Translations under genes and position numbers: made by a program | Notes under the pieces: generated by a model | What the model saw: only the letters and a program-made list of their open reading frames with translations | What the model was told of the DNA's origin: nothing | Database searches by the model: none | Part shown: positions 56,598 through 64,000 of the stretch, piece by piece | How positions within the stretch are numbered: position 1 is the stretch's first letter | Layout: every line of letters starts with the position of its first letter | Origin: Cryomorphaceae bacterium | GTDB taxonomy: Bacteria; Bacteroidota; Bacteroidia; Flavobacteriales; Schleiferiaceae | NCBI GenBank assembly: GCA_017858515.1 | Contig: JAFMBM010000008.1 | Coordinates: forward strand, 1,357-65,356 | Length of the DNA stretch: 64,000 nucleotides | Direction: 5' to 3'

Positions 56598-57222
56598 TTT
56601 AAAGCAAAAGCCTTTTATTGGTTGGGCCATACTTTTAATTTTTCACTCGGTGGGCTTGTTTGGGATGTTATCGCCCTACCGAGATTTCTTCGCTGCTCTC
56701 ACCCCTTTTAATCTGCTTCTTACCATGGCCGTTTTATACGTCTATCAAGAAGGAAGTAAAAAGCAGTGGTGGAGCGCTTTTCTATGGATCTTTATTTTGG
56801 GTTTTATTGCAGAATGGGTGGGTGTAAAAACCGGATTTCCTTTTGGAGACTACCGTTACGGAAAGAACTTAGGTCTGAAGTTAGACGATATTCCGATTAT
56901 TATAGGCGTAAATTGGTTTATACTTATTCTGGCCACTAGGGCCATGGCGGAGATATTCTTATCTACTTTTATGAAAATTATAGGTGCCGCTTCACTGATG
57001 GTTGCAATCGATTTGCTCATAGAGCCAGTGGCAATGAAAGTTGATTTTTGGATGTGGGATTCTGGTGAGATTCCCTTACAGAATTATCTGGGTTGGTTTT
57101 TCCTCAGTCTTTTTTTTCAGTGGTTGTCTCGCTCAAGAATTCCAGAATTCAAAAACCCTATGGCAATTCCTGTGTTTGTAGTTCAAGCTCTCTTTTTCTT
57201 TCTTTTAAATAAGCTCCTGTGA
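56587..57222 (+). CDS. Carotenoid biosynthesis membrane protein (DUF422, CruF-like hydratase family)
   Basis: 211-aa polytopic protein between the crtD-like gene and crtZ, overlapping both. The family call is from context and recalled similarity. Confidence 0.55.
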   Translation: MPFDLKQKPFIGWAILLIFHSVGLFGMLSPYRDFFAALTPFNLLLTMAVLYVYQEGSKKQWWSAFLWIFILGFIAEWVGVKTGFPFGDYRYGKNLGLKLDDIPIIIGVNWFILILATRAMAEIFLSTFMKIIGAASLMVAIDLLIEPVAMKVDFWMWDSGEIPLQNYLGWFFLSLFFQWLSRSRIPEFKNPMAIPVFVVQALFFFLLNKLL

Positions 57223-57704
57223 GTACATTGTATTGGATGCTAATTATCGCGGCCACTTTTTTCTTCATGGAATTTGTCGCTTGGTTCACACATAAATTTG
57301 TGATGCATGGATTTCTTTGGAATGTCCATAAAGATCATCACGTAAAGGATCCGGGATTCTTTGAAAAGAACGATCTATTCTTTCTAATCTTTGCGGTTCC
57401 TAGTTGGCTTTGTATTATGCTGGGAATGATAAATCAGCTTCCTGTTGCAGTGGCCGTTGGATTTGGAATAGCAGCTTATGGTCTAGCGTACTTTATCGTT
57501 CATGAGGTCTTTATACATCAACGGTTTAGCTGGTTTAAAAATGCAAATTCATCCTATTTGAAAGCCATTCGTTTTGCCCATAAAATGCATCATAAGCATT
57601 TAGGCAAAGAACAGGGAGAGAGTTTTGGAATGCTAATTATACATCCTCGGTATTTCAAAGCTTCCCAACATTCCAAAAAACAGAGCCTTAAGAAGAGTTT
57701 ATGA
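57219..57704 (+). CDS. crtZ: Beta-carotene hydroxylase
   Basis: His boxes HKFVMH, HKDHH, HEVFIHQR and HKMHHKH, collinear with Pantoea-type CrtZ. GTG start. Confidence 0.85.
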   Translation: MSTLYWMLIIAATFFFMEFVAWFTHKFVMHGFLWNVHKDHHVKDPGFFEKNDLFFLIFAVPSWLCIMLGMINQLPVAVAVGFGIAAYGLAYFIVHEVFIHQRFSWFKNANSSYLKAIRFAHKMHHKHLGKEQGESFGMLIIHPRYFKASQHSKKQSLKKSL

Positions 57705-58411
57705 AAGAGAAATTCCTTTATCTTCTCCTAGATGCCTTTACCTTATCGGTTCCCTTATTGCGGTCTTTTGAGTCGAAGATTGCCTATTACAAAAGCTTTG
57801 GATCCTTATTTAAAGCCATTGCTATAACAGGAGTTTTCTTTGTTGTTTGGGATGCTTTGTTTACGTTTTATGGCATTTGGGGATTCAATGAGCGCTATTT
57901 AGTAGGGTTCTCTATTTTATTACTTCCCATTGAAGAATGGCTCTTTTTCATTGTCGTTCCTTTTTCCTGCATTTTTATCTATCGTGTATTGAATTATTTC
58001 TTGGGTGATACCAAGACTAGATTGCTGCAACAGCAACTTCCGGCCTTCCTTGTTTGGTTTCCATTGGGTGTTGCCGTTCTCAACTACCAAAGAGCTTACA
58101 CCTTTACTAACTTTTTGCTCTTAGGGCTTTTTATGGGATGGCATATTTACATCAACAAAACGGCTTGGTTAGGCAATTTTATGCGTGCTTATGCAATTAT
58201 TCTAATTCCTTTTCTTTTGGTGAACAGTGTTCTAACAGGATCATGGATTGATGAGCCCATTGTCTGGTATAATGATTTACACCATTTAGGAAAGCGAATA
58301 GGAACCATACCAATGGAGGATGCTTTCTATGGTTTGCTGCTGATTCTAATGAATCTTAGCCTTTATGAATTCTTCGAATCGAAACGAAAAAAGGATTTAA
58401 GCCGGCCATAA
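57701..58411 (+). CDS. Lycopene cyclase domain protein (fused CrtYc/CrtYd type)
   Basis: About 7 TM with two copies of the PxE(E/D) motif (LPIEEWLFF and IPMEDAFYG). Confidence 0.8.
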   Translation: MKEKFLYLLLDAFTLSVPLLRSFESKIAYYKSFGSLFKAIAITGVFFVVWDALFTFYGIWGFNERYLVGFSILLLPIEEWLFFIVVPFSCIFIYRVLNYFLGDTKTRLLQQQLPAFLVWFPLGVAVLNYQRAYTFTNFLLLGLFMGWHIYINKTAWLGNFMRAYAIILIPFLLVNSVLTGSWIDEPIVWYNDLHHLGKRIGTIPMEDAFYGLLLILMNLSLYEFFESKRKKDLSRP

Positions 58412-59133
58412 AGAGGATCTAAAGCGCGAAAAGCTTTATTTTCTAAGTTGAAAATTTCGAGATCCAAAGAAGAATGATTGTCTTGTAAATACTCATTCGC
58501 AAACCAATTTTGCACGAAGTGATAGAGCTCTATTTCGGGCTGCAATCGAGTGTTAGCCAGGTTGTATTCTTCCCTTGTAATCAAGGGTTTTAAATCTTGA
58601 ACGTTGGCCAATTGATAGTAAGGACTGCGGTGCCAGCTAAGTCTTCTTTTTAGCAAAAGCAAGGCTTTGGTGTATTCTTCAATCGGAGCCACAAAGGCGA
58701 AGTCTTTAATAATATTCTGTTTGGCGATTTCTAAAACCTCCCATTCCTTTCCATTCAAATGCTCAATACCGCTGATAAATCTCAGCTGTAAATTGTTTCC
58801 ATAAGGATGATGCAAAAAATCGCTGAAATCCTTTATTTCGGTTGGAAGTCGGTTGAGGGATTTCAAATAATGGTAATGCGACCAAGCCTGGTCTTCCGGT
58901 CTTCTGATGAAAGTTATATACCGAGCATTGCCTTCTAAGTGCGAATGAAATCCAAATCGAAAATGTCCGAGGTAGGCCTTTGCATTTTTAGTCTTCGGAC
59001 CAAATTCAACCAGCTGAGGATCATAGACCGTTTCTAGGAGTCCAAAATCTTTGTACTCTCTAGCCAATACCTGCCTAAGACTGGTTCCAGCCGTCTTGGG
59101 AATATGCATAAAAAGCCATACAGTGTCAGCCAT
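58363..59133 (-). CDS. Sulfotransferase family protein
   Basis: N-terminal PAPS 5'-phosphosulfate-binding loop HIPKTAGTSL. 256 aa. Confidence 0.7.
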   Translation of the reverse strand: MADTVWLFMHIPKTAGTSLRQVLAREYKDFGLLETVYDPQLVEFGPKTKNAKAYLGHFRFGFHSHLEGNARYITFIRRPEDQAWSHYHYLKSLNRLPTEIKDFSDFLHHPYGNNLQLRFISGIEHLNGKEWEVLEIAKQNIIKDFAFVAPIEEYTKALLLLKRRLSWHRSPYYQLANVQDLKPLITREEYNLANTRLQPEIELYHFVQNWFANEYLQDNHSSLDLEIFNLENKAFRALDPLYGRLKSFFRFDSKNS

Positions 59134-59152
59134 TATGCGTAAAGATACATTC

Positions 59153-61534
59153 TTAGAATTCGATTATGGCACCTATGGTTGGAAGTCTCGTTCCACTTTC
59201 GTTAGGAAATTGCGTGAGCTCATAACGACTAGGATCGTTTGGATTGATTATGGCCATTCCGTCTGCATCTCTAGCTACGTCTACTACCGCTGGCCCTTGA
59301 ACAGCCGCTCCTAGCAGGTTTTGAATATCGAAAAACAGATCTAGGTTCCACTCTGTGAAATACCATTTTTTGTCAATCCTCACATTCACTCTATTAAAGT
59401 TAGAGAAGCGCTGGGAATTCAAATTGTCGTAATCAGGAATACCTCTTCCAATTACATCCCAATTGGAAATGAGTGAAGAAGTTGCAACGTCTATGGGAGT
59501 AAATGGAGCTCCACCTAAGAACTGATACTGCATACCAATTTCCCAGTTCTTTCCGAATTTCTTTCCTCCTGTAAAAGTTAGAATGTGTCTATTATCCCAT
59601 GAAGAGGGAATTAAATCGCCATTTTTATCTTCAAAAGCACTGTTTACAAAGGTGTAGGATAGAATTCCAAAAAAGCCCTTAAAGAGTTTTTGCTGATACA
59701 CTACTTCAATTCCCATCGCTCTTCCATCTGAACTCGACTCGGAAGGGGCATTGCCAATGATTCCAAAATCACTTCCTAAATTGGCTAGAGAAATAGAATC
59801 GGTGAGGAGGAAGGGATAGTTCGAATATCCTTTGTAGAATCCTTCTATGGCTATTCGGGCATTGAAGGGCAGATAATAAGCAAAACCCGCTACCCAATGC
59901 TGACTTCGAATGTAGGTGGCATCTTCATTCACCAGATTGCCATCAGGATCTCTGAAGCCCAGTAGGGTATAGGGTGGAAGTTGATAATAGATTCCCCAAT
60001 TCGCATTAAAGCTAAAGTTTTCATTAAAGTTGTAGGTGGTAGAGAGGCGGGGAGAGAACTGATTTAATGGATTGGATGTATTCTCGTTGAAATCAACACC
60101 ATCCATTCTAAAGCCGCCCGACAAAACTAATTTTTCATCTAGCAAACTCTTTGTGGCCTGAGTAAAGGCGCTGTAGCGATACATTCCTAAATAGGTAGAA
60201 TAATTCCTTGGGTCTTGGCCTTCAGGAACGCGAAGGTCACTTTCTTGGGTGTCGTATTTCAATTGCTCAAAGCCCACTCCATTGGTTAAACGCCATCCAT
60301 TGCTTCTGTAAAAATTCTCTACTCTTAATTTGTTTTCAATCTCATATGAATTGTAATCTAAAAGCTGAGTGCTGGATTCATCGTTATTCAAATATTTGAA
60401 AGCGGAATTATTCAACATAAATCGGCTTAGAACTACATTGGTGTAACTTTTTTGAGCGAAATAGGTATACTTGGCACCCACAGAGTAGTTCCATTGCTCA
60501 TTGACCGGGAGAATGTTTAAAGTGTAGCGCTGCTCGGGTGTTTCATTTGCATCTAGATTCAAACTAAAATTGTCAATAGCCCCTAATCCTAAGAAGGTAA
60601 TTTGGTGTTTATTGTTGATTTTGTATTTCACTTTTGCCTGGAAGTCGTTGTAGGTAGGAAGGAAGGGAAGTCCTAGTGCTTTAAAGAGAAATTGGAGATA
60701 CGATCTTCTTACGGAGGCAATCATGGTGGTTTTCTTGCTCAGAGGTCCTTCAGCAGTTAGTCCTATATCGCTAGCGCCCACAATACCTGTGAATCCCCAT
60801 TTGTCTTCTCTTCCATCTTTTAATTTCAGTTCCATCACAGAACTCAGGGTATTTCCTCTTTCTACAGGGAAAGCACCGGTGTAGAAATCCACCTCACGAA
60901 TAAAATTCACGTTTATCAATCCAACCGGTCCACCGCCAGAACCTTGTGTAGAAAAGTGATTGATCGATGGAATCTCAATTCCATCTAAATAATAGCGATT
61001 CTCATTCGGCGCTCCTCCTCGAATAATTAAGTCGTTACGGAAATTAGGCGTGCTAGCAACACCTGGCAAAGCCTGAATTACCCTAGAGATATCTTGGTTT
61101 CCACCCGGATTTCTTTGTATTTCATTTATTCCAATGGTCTGAACAGAAACCGGACTTTCAGGATTTCGGTTGAACTGAACTTGAGCACTTACCACAATTT
61201 CATCCAGTTTGGTATTGGATTCTTCCAAACTAAAATTGGCCACCGCGGGCTTGGCATTGCTCACCTGAATTTCATAGATGGTCTTGGTTTCAAAACCCAA
61301 TATTTGAGCGGTAAGATTGTATAAACCGGGATTTAACCCTATGATTTCATAGTTTCCATCTAAATCAGAGGCCACTGCTTTATTTGGCAATCCTTCAACC
61401 GTAATGGCTGCAATGGGAATACTCTCGTTATTGATGGCATTGAAAACTCTTCCTCGAATGATTCCTGTTTGTGCCGAAGAAGCAAGAAATCCAAGAACAA
61501 ATACACTAACAAATAGAACTCGGAATGAACGCAT
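59153..61534 (-). CDS. TonB-dependent receptor with N-terminal carboxypeptidase-regulatory-like domain
   Basis: Signal peptide, CarboxypepD_reg-like segment (GIIRGRV...DLDGNYEI), plug region (ISRVIQALPGV), C-terminal ...IIEF. Confidence 0.85.
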   Translation of the reverse strand: MRSFRVLFVSVFVLGFLASSAQTGIIRGRVFNAINNESIPIAAITVEGLPNKAVASDLDGNYEIIGLNPGLYNLTAQILGFETKTIYEIQVSNAKPAVANFSLEESNTKLDEIVVSAQVQFNRNPESPVSVQTIGINEIQRNPGGNQDISRVIQALPGVASTPNFRNDLIIRGGAPNENRYYLDGIEIPSINHFSTQGSGGGPVGLINVNFIREVDFYTGAFPVERGNTLSSVMELKLKDGREDKWGFTGIVGASDIGLTAEGPLSKKTTMIASVRRSYLQFLFKALGLPFLPTYNDFQAKVKYKINNKHQITFLGLGAIDNFSLNLDANETPEQRYTLNILPVNEQWNYSVGAKYTYFAQKSYTNVVLSRFMLNNSAFKYLNNDESSTQLLDYNSYEIENKLRVENFYRSNGWRLTNGVGFEQLKYDTQESDLRVPEGQDPRNYSTYLGMYRYSAFTQATKSLLDEKLVLSGGFRMDGVDFNENTSNPLNQFSPRLSTTYNFNENFSFNANWGIYYQLPPYTLLGFRDPDGNLVNEDATYIRSQHWVAGFAYYLPFNARIAIEGFYKGYSNYPFLLTDSISLANLGSDFGIIGNAPSESSSDGRAMGIEVVYQQKLFKGFFGILSYTFVNSAFEDKNGDLIPSSWDNRHILTFTGGKKFGKNWEIGMQYQFLGGAPFTPIDVATSSLISNWDVIGRGIPDYDNLNSQRFSNFNRVNVRIDKKWYFTEWNLDLFFDIQNLLGAAVQGPAVVDVARDADGMAIINPNDPSRYELTQFPNESGTRLPTIGAIIEF

Positions 61535-61623
61535 AGTTTGGTTTTACGGTTTCGGGTCATTTAACCGACGGCAAAGGTATTTGTTTAAACTTCAAGATAT
61601 TTTTGTTTCTAGAGGAGTACGGC

Positions 61624-61652
61624 AAAAAAAAAGCCTCCCGAAGGAGGCTTTT
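61624..61652 (-). terminator. Intrinsic terminator of the DUF2911 gene
   Basis: AAGCCTCC-cgaa-GGAGGCTT hairpin (61631..61650). On the minus strand it is followed by a T9 run. Confidence 0.85.
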
Positions 61653-61669
61653 AACAGAAAGGCGAATGC

Positions 61670-62515
61670 TTATTTCCAAGCGGCCATTTCGGCTTTTAAA
61701 CCGTCGCCATACGTAAATTCTTTACCATCTGCTTTTGCCTGAGCTTCGCCCATTTCAATGGCTTTGTTGCCAGACTCCATAGCTTCTTTTTTGCGATTCA
61801 AACCAGCCAAAGCTTCAGCTCTAACCCAGTAGTTATACCAGTTGTCTGCTTTTAGTTCAATGGCTTTGTCGATGTGCATTAAGGCTTTGTCGTAGCTCAT
61901 TTCTTTGCCGATATAATAAGAAGCGGCTCCTCTGTGCACTCTCCAATTGCCTGCATCTTCTTTCGAGGCTTTTTCGATATTCAGTTGAGCTTGTTTGTCT
62001 ACTTCCACCATAATTGGAATAGCAACACTCTGACCTTCCCACTTAAGGGCAAGATGAGCACCATTTTCAGTTAGGTTTTCAAACTCAACAGTAAATGACT
62101 CATACTTTCCTTCCATTTTGGAAGCAACGGTTGTTCTAAGTACATCTTGTCCTTTATCATATCCATCTACTCCCCATAATTCAGTGTTGCGATTTAGGAT
62201 GATAACCCAAGACTTCTCACTAGGAATGGTAAAAATCGAATACTTACCAGCAGGAACTGGAATTTTATTGATCATCACATCCGTGCTGAATTCAATACTT
62301 GTTGCTTTATTGGCACCCGTTCTCCATAGTTGACCATAAGGAACCAATTCACCAAAGGCTTTTCTGCCCTTTAATGAAGGTCTTGAATAGTCTACCTGAA
62401 TGTCGGTAAGGCCAACGCGTTGCTTTAGGCTTGCCGCTGGACTAGGTTGTGGAAGTTCTTGAGCGAAGGAATACAATCCTACGAATAGAGCTAAGCTCGT
62501 AATAAGTTTTTTCAT
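61670..62515 (-). CDS. DUF2911 domain-containing protein with C-terminal TPR-like region
   Basis: Signal peptide. YSRPSLKGRKAFGELVPYGQLWRTGANKAT motif typical of DUF2911. Confidence 0.7.
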   Translation of the reverse strand: MKKLITSLALFVGLYSFAQELPQPSPAASLKQRVGLTDIQVDYSRPSLKGRKAFGELVPYGQLWRTGANKATSIEFSTDVMINKIPVPAGKYSIFTIPSEKSWVIILNRNTELWGVDGYDKGQDVLRTTVASKMEGKYESFTVEFENLTENGAHLALKWEGQSVAIPIMVEVDKQAQLNIEKASKEDAGNWRVHRGAASYYIGKEMSYDKALMHIDKAIELKADNWYNYWVRAEALAGLNRKKEAMESGNKAIEMGEAQAKADGKEFTYGDGLKAEMAAWK

Positions 62516-62546
62516 GTTCTAACATTGTTTGAAGCAAAGTAACGAC

Positions 62547-63185
62547 CTAAGAGCCAATCTGAAAAATTTCCTGCAAAATAGGTTTTAGTCCACTGAAGAA
62601 GAACTCTACGGCAATAACCATTACAATCAATCCCATGAGTCGCATCATTACGTTATTGCCCGTCTCACCGAGCAAATGGGTAATCTTGGAGGCGAAGAGT
62701 AGTCCCAACATATTGATGAGAATAACAAGTCCGATGACTGCAATCAAAAGTCCTTTCATATCCCATGTTTTGGCATCTTGCATTAAAACAATGGCATTGG
62801 TAATGGAGCCCGGACCAGTGATCATTGGAATTCCAAGAGGGGTGATGGAAATATCTCCCACATATTCTTGAACTCTTTTTTTAGGAATACGGGTTTTTCC
62901 CAATCGAGCTTGAAGCATATCCATTCCCAACATAAAGAAGATAATTCCGCCTACCATTCGAAAACTATTGACAGAAATGCCAAAGAATTTGAAGAGGAAT
63001 TCGCCAGTGAAGGCAAAAGCTACCAGGGTAATAAAAGCCACTAAATTGGCTTTTCTTGCGGTCTTATGGCGCATGGCTGGCTCAAGACTGGCCGTCATGG
63101 AAACAAAGACCGGGATAATTCCAAAAGGATTTATAAGCGTAATAAACGAGGTAAACGCGAGCAGCGCAAATTCGTAATGTGACAT
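62547..63185 (-). CDS. MarC family (NAAT) integral membrane protein
   Basis: Six TM. FITLINPFGIIPVF and ITPLGIPMITGPGSI motifs. ATG at 63185 preferred. Confidence 0.8.
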   Translation of the reverse strand: MSHYEFALLAFTSFITLINPFGIIPVFVSMTASLEPAMRHKTARKANLVAFITLVAFAFTGEFLFKFFGISVNSFRMVGGIIFFMLGMDMLQARLGKTRIPKKRVQEYVGDISITPLGIPMITGPGSITNAIVLMQDAKTWDMKGLLIAVIGLVILINMLGLLFASKITHLLGETGNNVMMRLMGLIVMVIAVEFFFSGLKPILQEIFQIGS

Positions 63186-63254
63186 GTAGTCTATTGATTT
63201 AGAGCAGAAAGACAATGGCGAAGCAAAGGTATTGCTTCTATAGAGAAAAGCCGA

Positions 63255-63743
63255 TTAAATAGTGGTCTTCAGGTAGGCCATCTCGATGGCGGCGGCGGCG
63301 GCTTCTACGCCTTTGTTGCCATGTTTCCCTCCAGAGCGGGCTTTGGATTGTTCCCAGGTATTGTCTGTTAACACACAAAAAATAACAGGTGCTTCGTTCT
63401 TAAGATTGATGTCTTTTATTCCCTGAGCTACCGCTTCACAAACGAAGTCAAAATGCTTGGTTTCGCCTTGAATGACGCTGCCAATGGCAACAACGGCATC
63501 GAATTTCTTAGAAATTGCCAGTTTATTACAGGCATAGACTAGCTCAAAACTACCCGGAACATTGGATCGGAAAATATCTTCAACCCTTGCCCCAGCACTT
63601 ACCAAGGTTTTAAAGCAACCTTGGTACAATGCTTCTGTTATTTCTGAATTCCATTTGGAAACCACCAAAGCAAAACGCAATCCATTTGCTTCTTGCTCAA
63701 TGGTGTGACCAAAGGAATCTAAATGAGTTAGGGCGGTAGCCAT
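63255..63743 (-). CDS. ribH: 6,7-dimethyl-8-ribityllumazine synthase
   Basis: FALVVSKWNSEITEAL, VPGSFELV, GSVIQGETKHFDFV and KHGNKGVEAA motifs. Confidence 0.95.
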   Translation of the reverse strand: MATALTHLDSFGHTIEQEANGLRFALVVSKWNSEITEALYQGCFKTLVSAGARVEDIFRSNVPGSFELVYACNKLAISKKFDAVVAIGSVIQGETKHFDFVCEAVAQGIKDINLKNEAPVIFCVLTDNTWEQSKARSGGKHGNKGVEAAAAAIEMAYLKTTI

Positions 63744-64000
63744 TATTGCATTTTAGCCTCGCTGCGTGCAATGTATTTGGCAATATCCGAAGCCTCACGA
63801 CTGTTTGGATACATATCCCTTATAATTTGATAGTGCTTGATCGCCTTGGCATAATTACCCAGAATATCTGCAGTCATTCCTGCCTTTTTGTGGATGAAAG
63901 GAGCTAAAAACTCATTGGCTCCACCAGCAACGGCTTTTTCGTAAAAATCAAGCGCATCTTCTGGTTGGTTCAATTCGTTGAAGGCATCGCCTATGGCCGA
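63743..64000 (-). CDS. Tetratricopeptide repeat protein (3' part only; gene continues past the window edge)
   Basis: The frame stays open to position 64000 (SAIGDAFNELNQPEDALDFYEKAV...). TPR-like Ala/Tyr pattern. Stop overlaps the ribH start. Confidence 0.65.
   Translation of the reverse strand, partial: SAIGDAFNELNQPEDALDFYEKAVAGGANEFLAPFIHKKAGMTADILGNYAKAIKHYQIIRDMYPNSREASDIAKYIARSEAKMQ

Noticed and set aside
61404-61742. 112-aa + strand ORF spanning the TonB-dependent receptor start, the intergenic terminator and the end of the DUF2911 gene.
   Set aside because: It crosses a strong terminator hairpin and overlaps two supported genes on the other strand.

Overview
The window reads as a gene-dense, mostly housekeeping chromosomal segment of a Bacteroidota genome, probably class Flavobacteriia. 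That placement is an inference from the XrtF exosortase pair, the DUF1573/DUF5683/BatA/DUF3276-type genes, a long NusB, a short 950-aa CarB and TAnnTTTG-type -7 boxes. I can support about 70 protein-coding genes. They include carB, trmD, lepB, dapB, parA/parB, nusB, yajC, coaE, nnr, ilvE, pdxH, acpH, xerD and ribH. rpmH (8093..8251) is too short to appear in the ORF track. There is also an LptD-like protein, a MacB-type ABC/adaptor set, a CapD/Wzi-like/XrtF envelope cluster and a partial carotenoid cluster. I saw no rRNA, tRNA, CRISPR array, transposase, prophage block or recognisable defence island. The only recombinase is a chromosomal XerD type. Many genes overlap by a few bases, and several convergent pairs overlap at their 3' ends, so the genome is compact.

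The one stretch the gene models do not explain is the roughly 850 bp gap at 1044..1899. It holds two copies of the 17-bp palindrome TTCGCCA-N3-TGGCGAA, 31 bp apart. It also holds an array about 300 bp long of degenerate CAATGCTT-type units phased every 21-22 bp. Two orphan genes flank it, one with an N-terminal HTH. This is my best candidate for something undescribed (an iteron, centromere or operator-array-like element), but its function is pure inference.

Other points worth a second look:
- a dihydroorotase homologue that has lost its metal-ligand histidines and sits in a BatA-type operon
- a membrane Fe-S/CCG oxidoreductase operon interrupted by a lipoprotein gene
- an XrtF exosortase pair embedded in an eight-gene co-directional cluster
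- a three-module NPD-repeat protein
- a class-II-cytochrome-c-like lipoprotein
- a sulfotransferase overlapping the 3' end of the carotenoid cluster

All functional calls rest on motifs I recognised by eye. No database search was possible.
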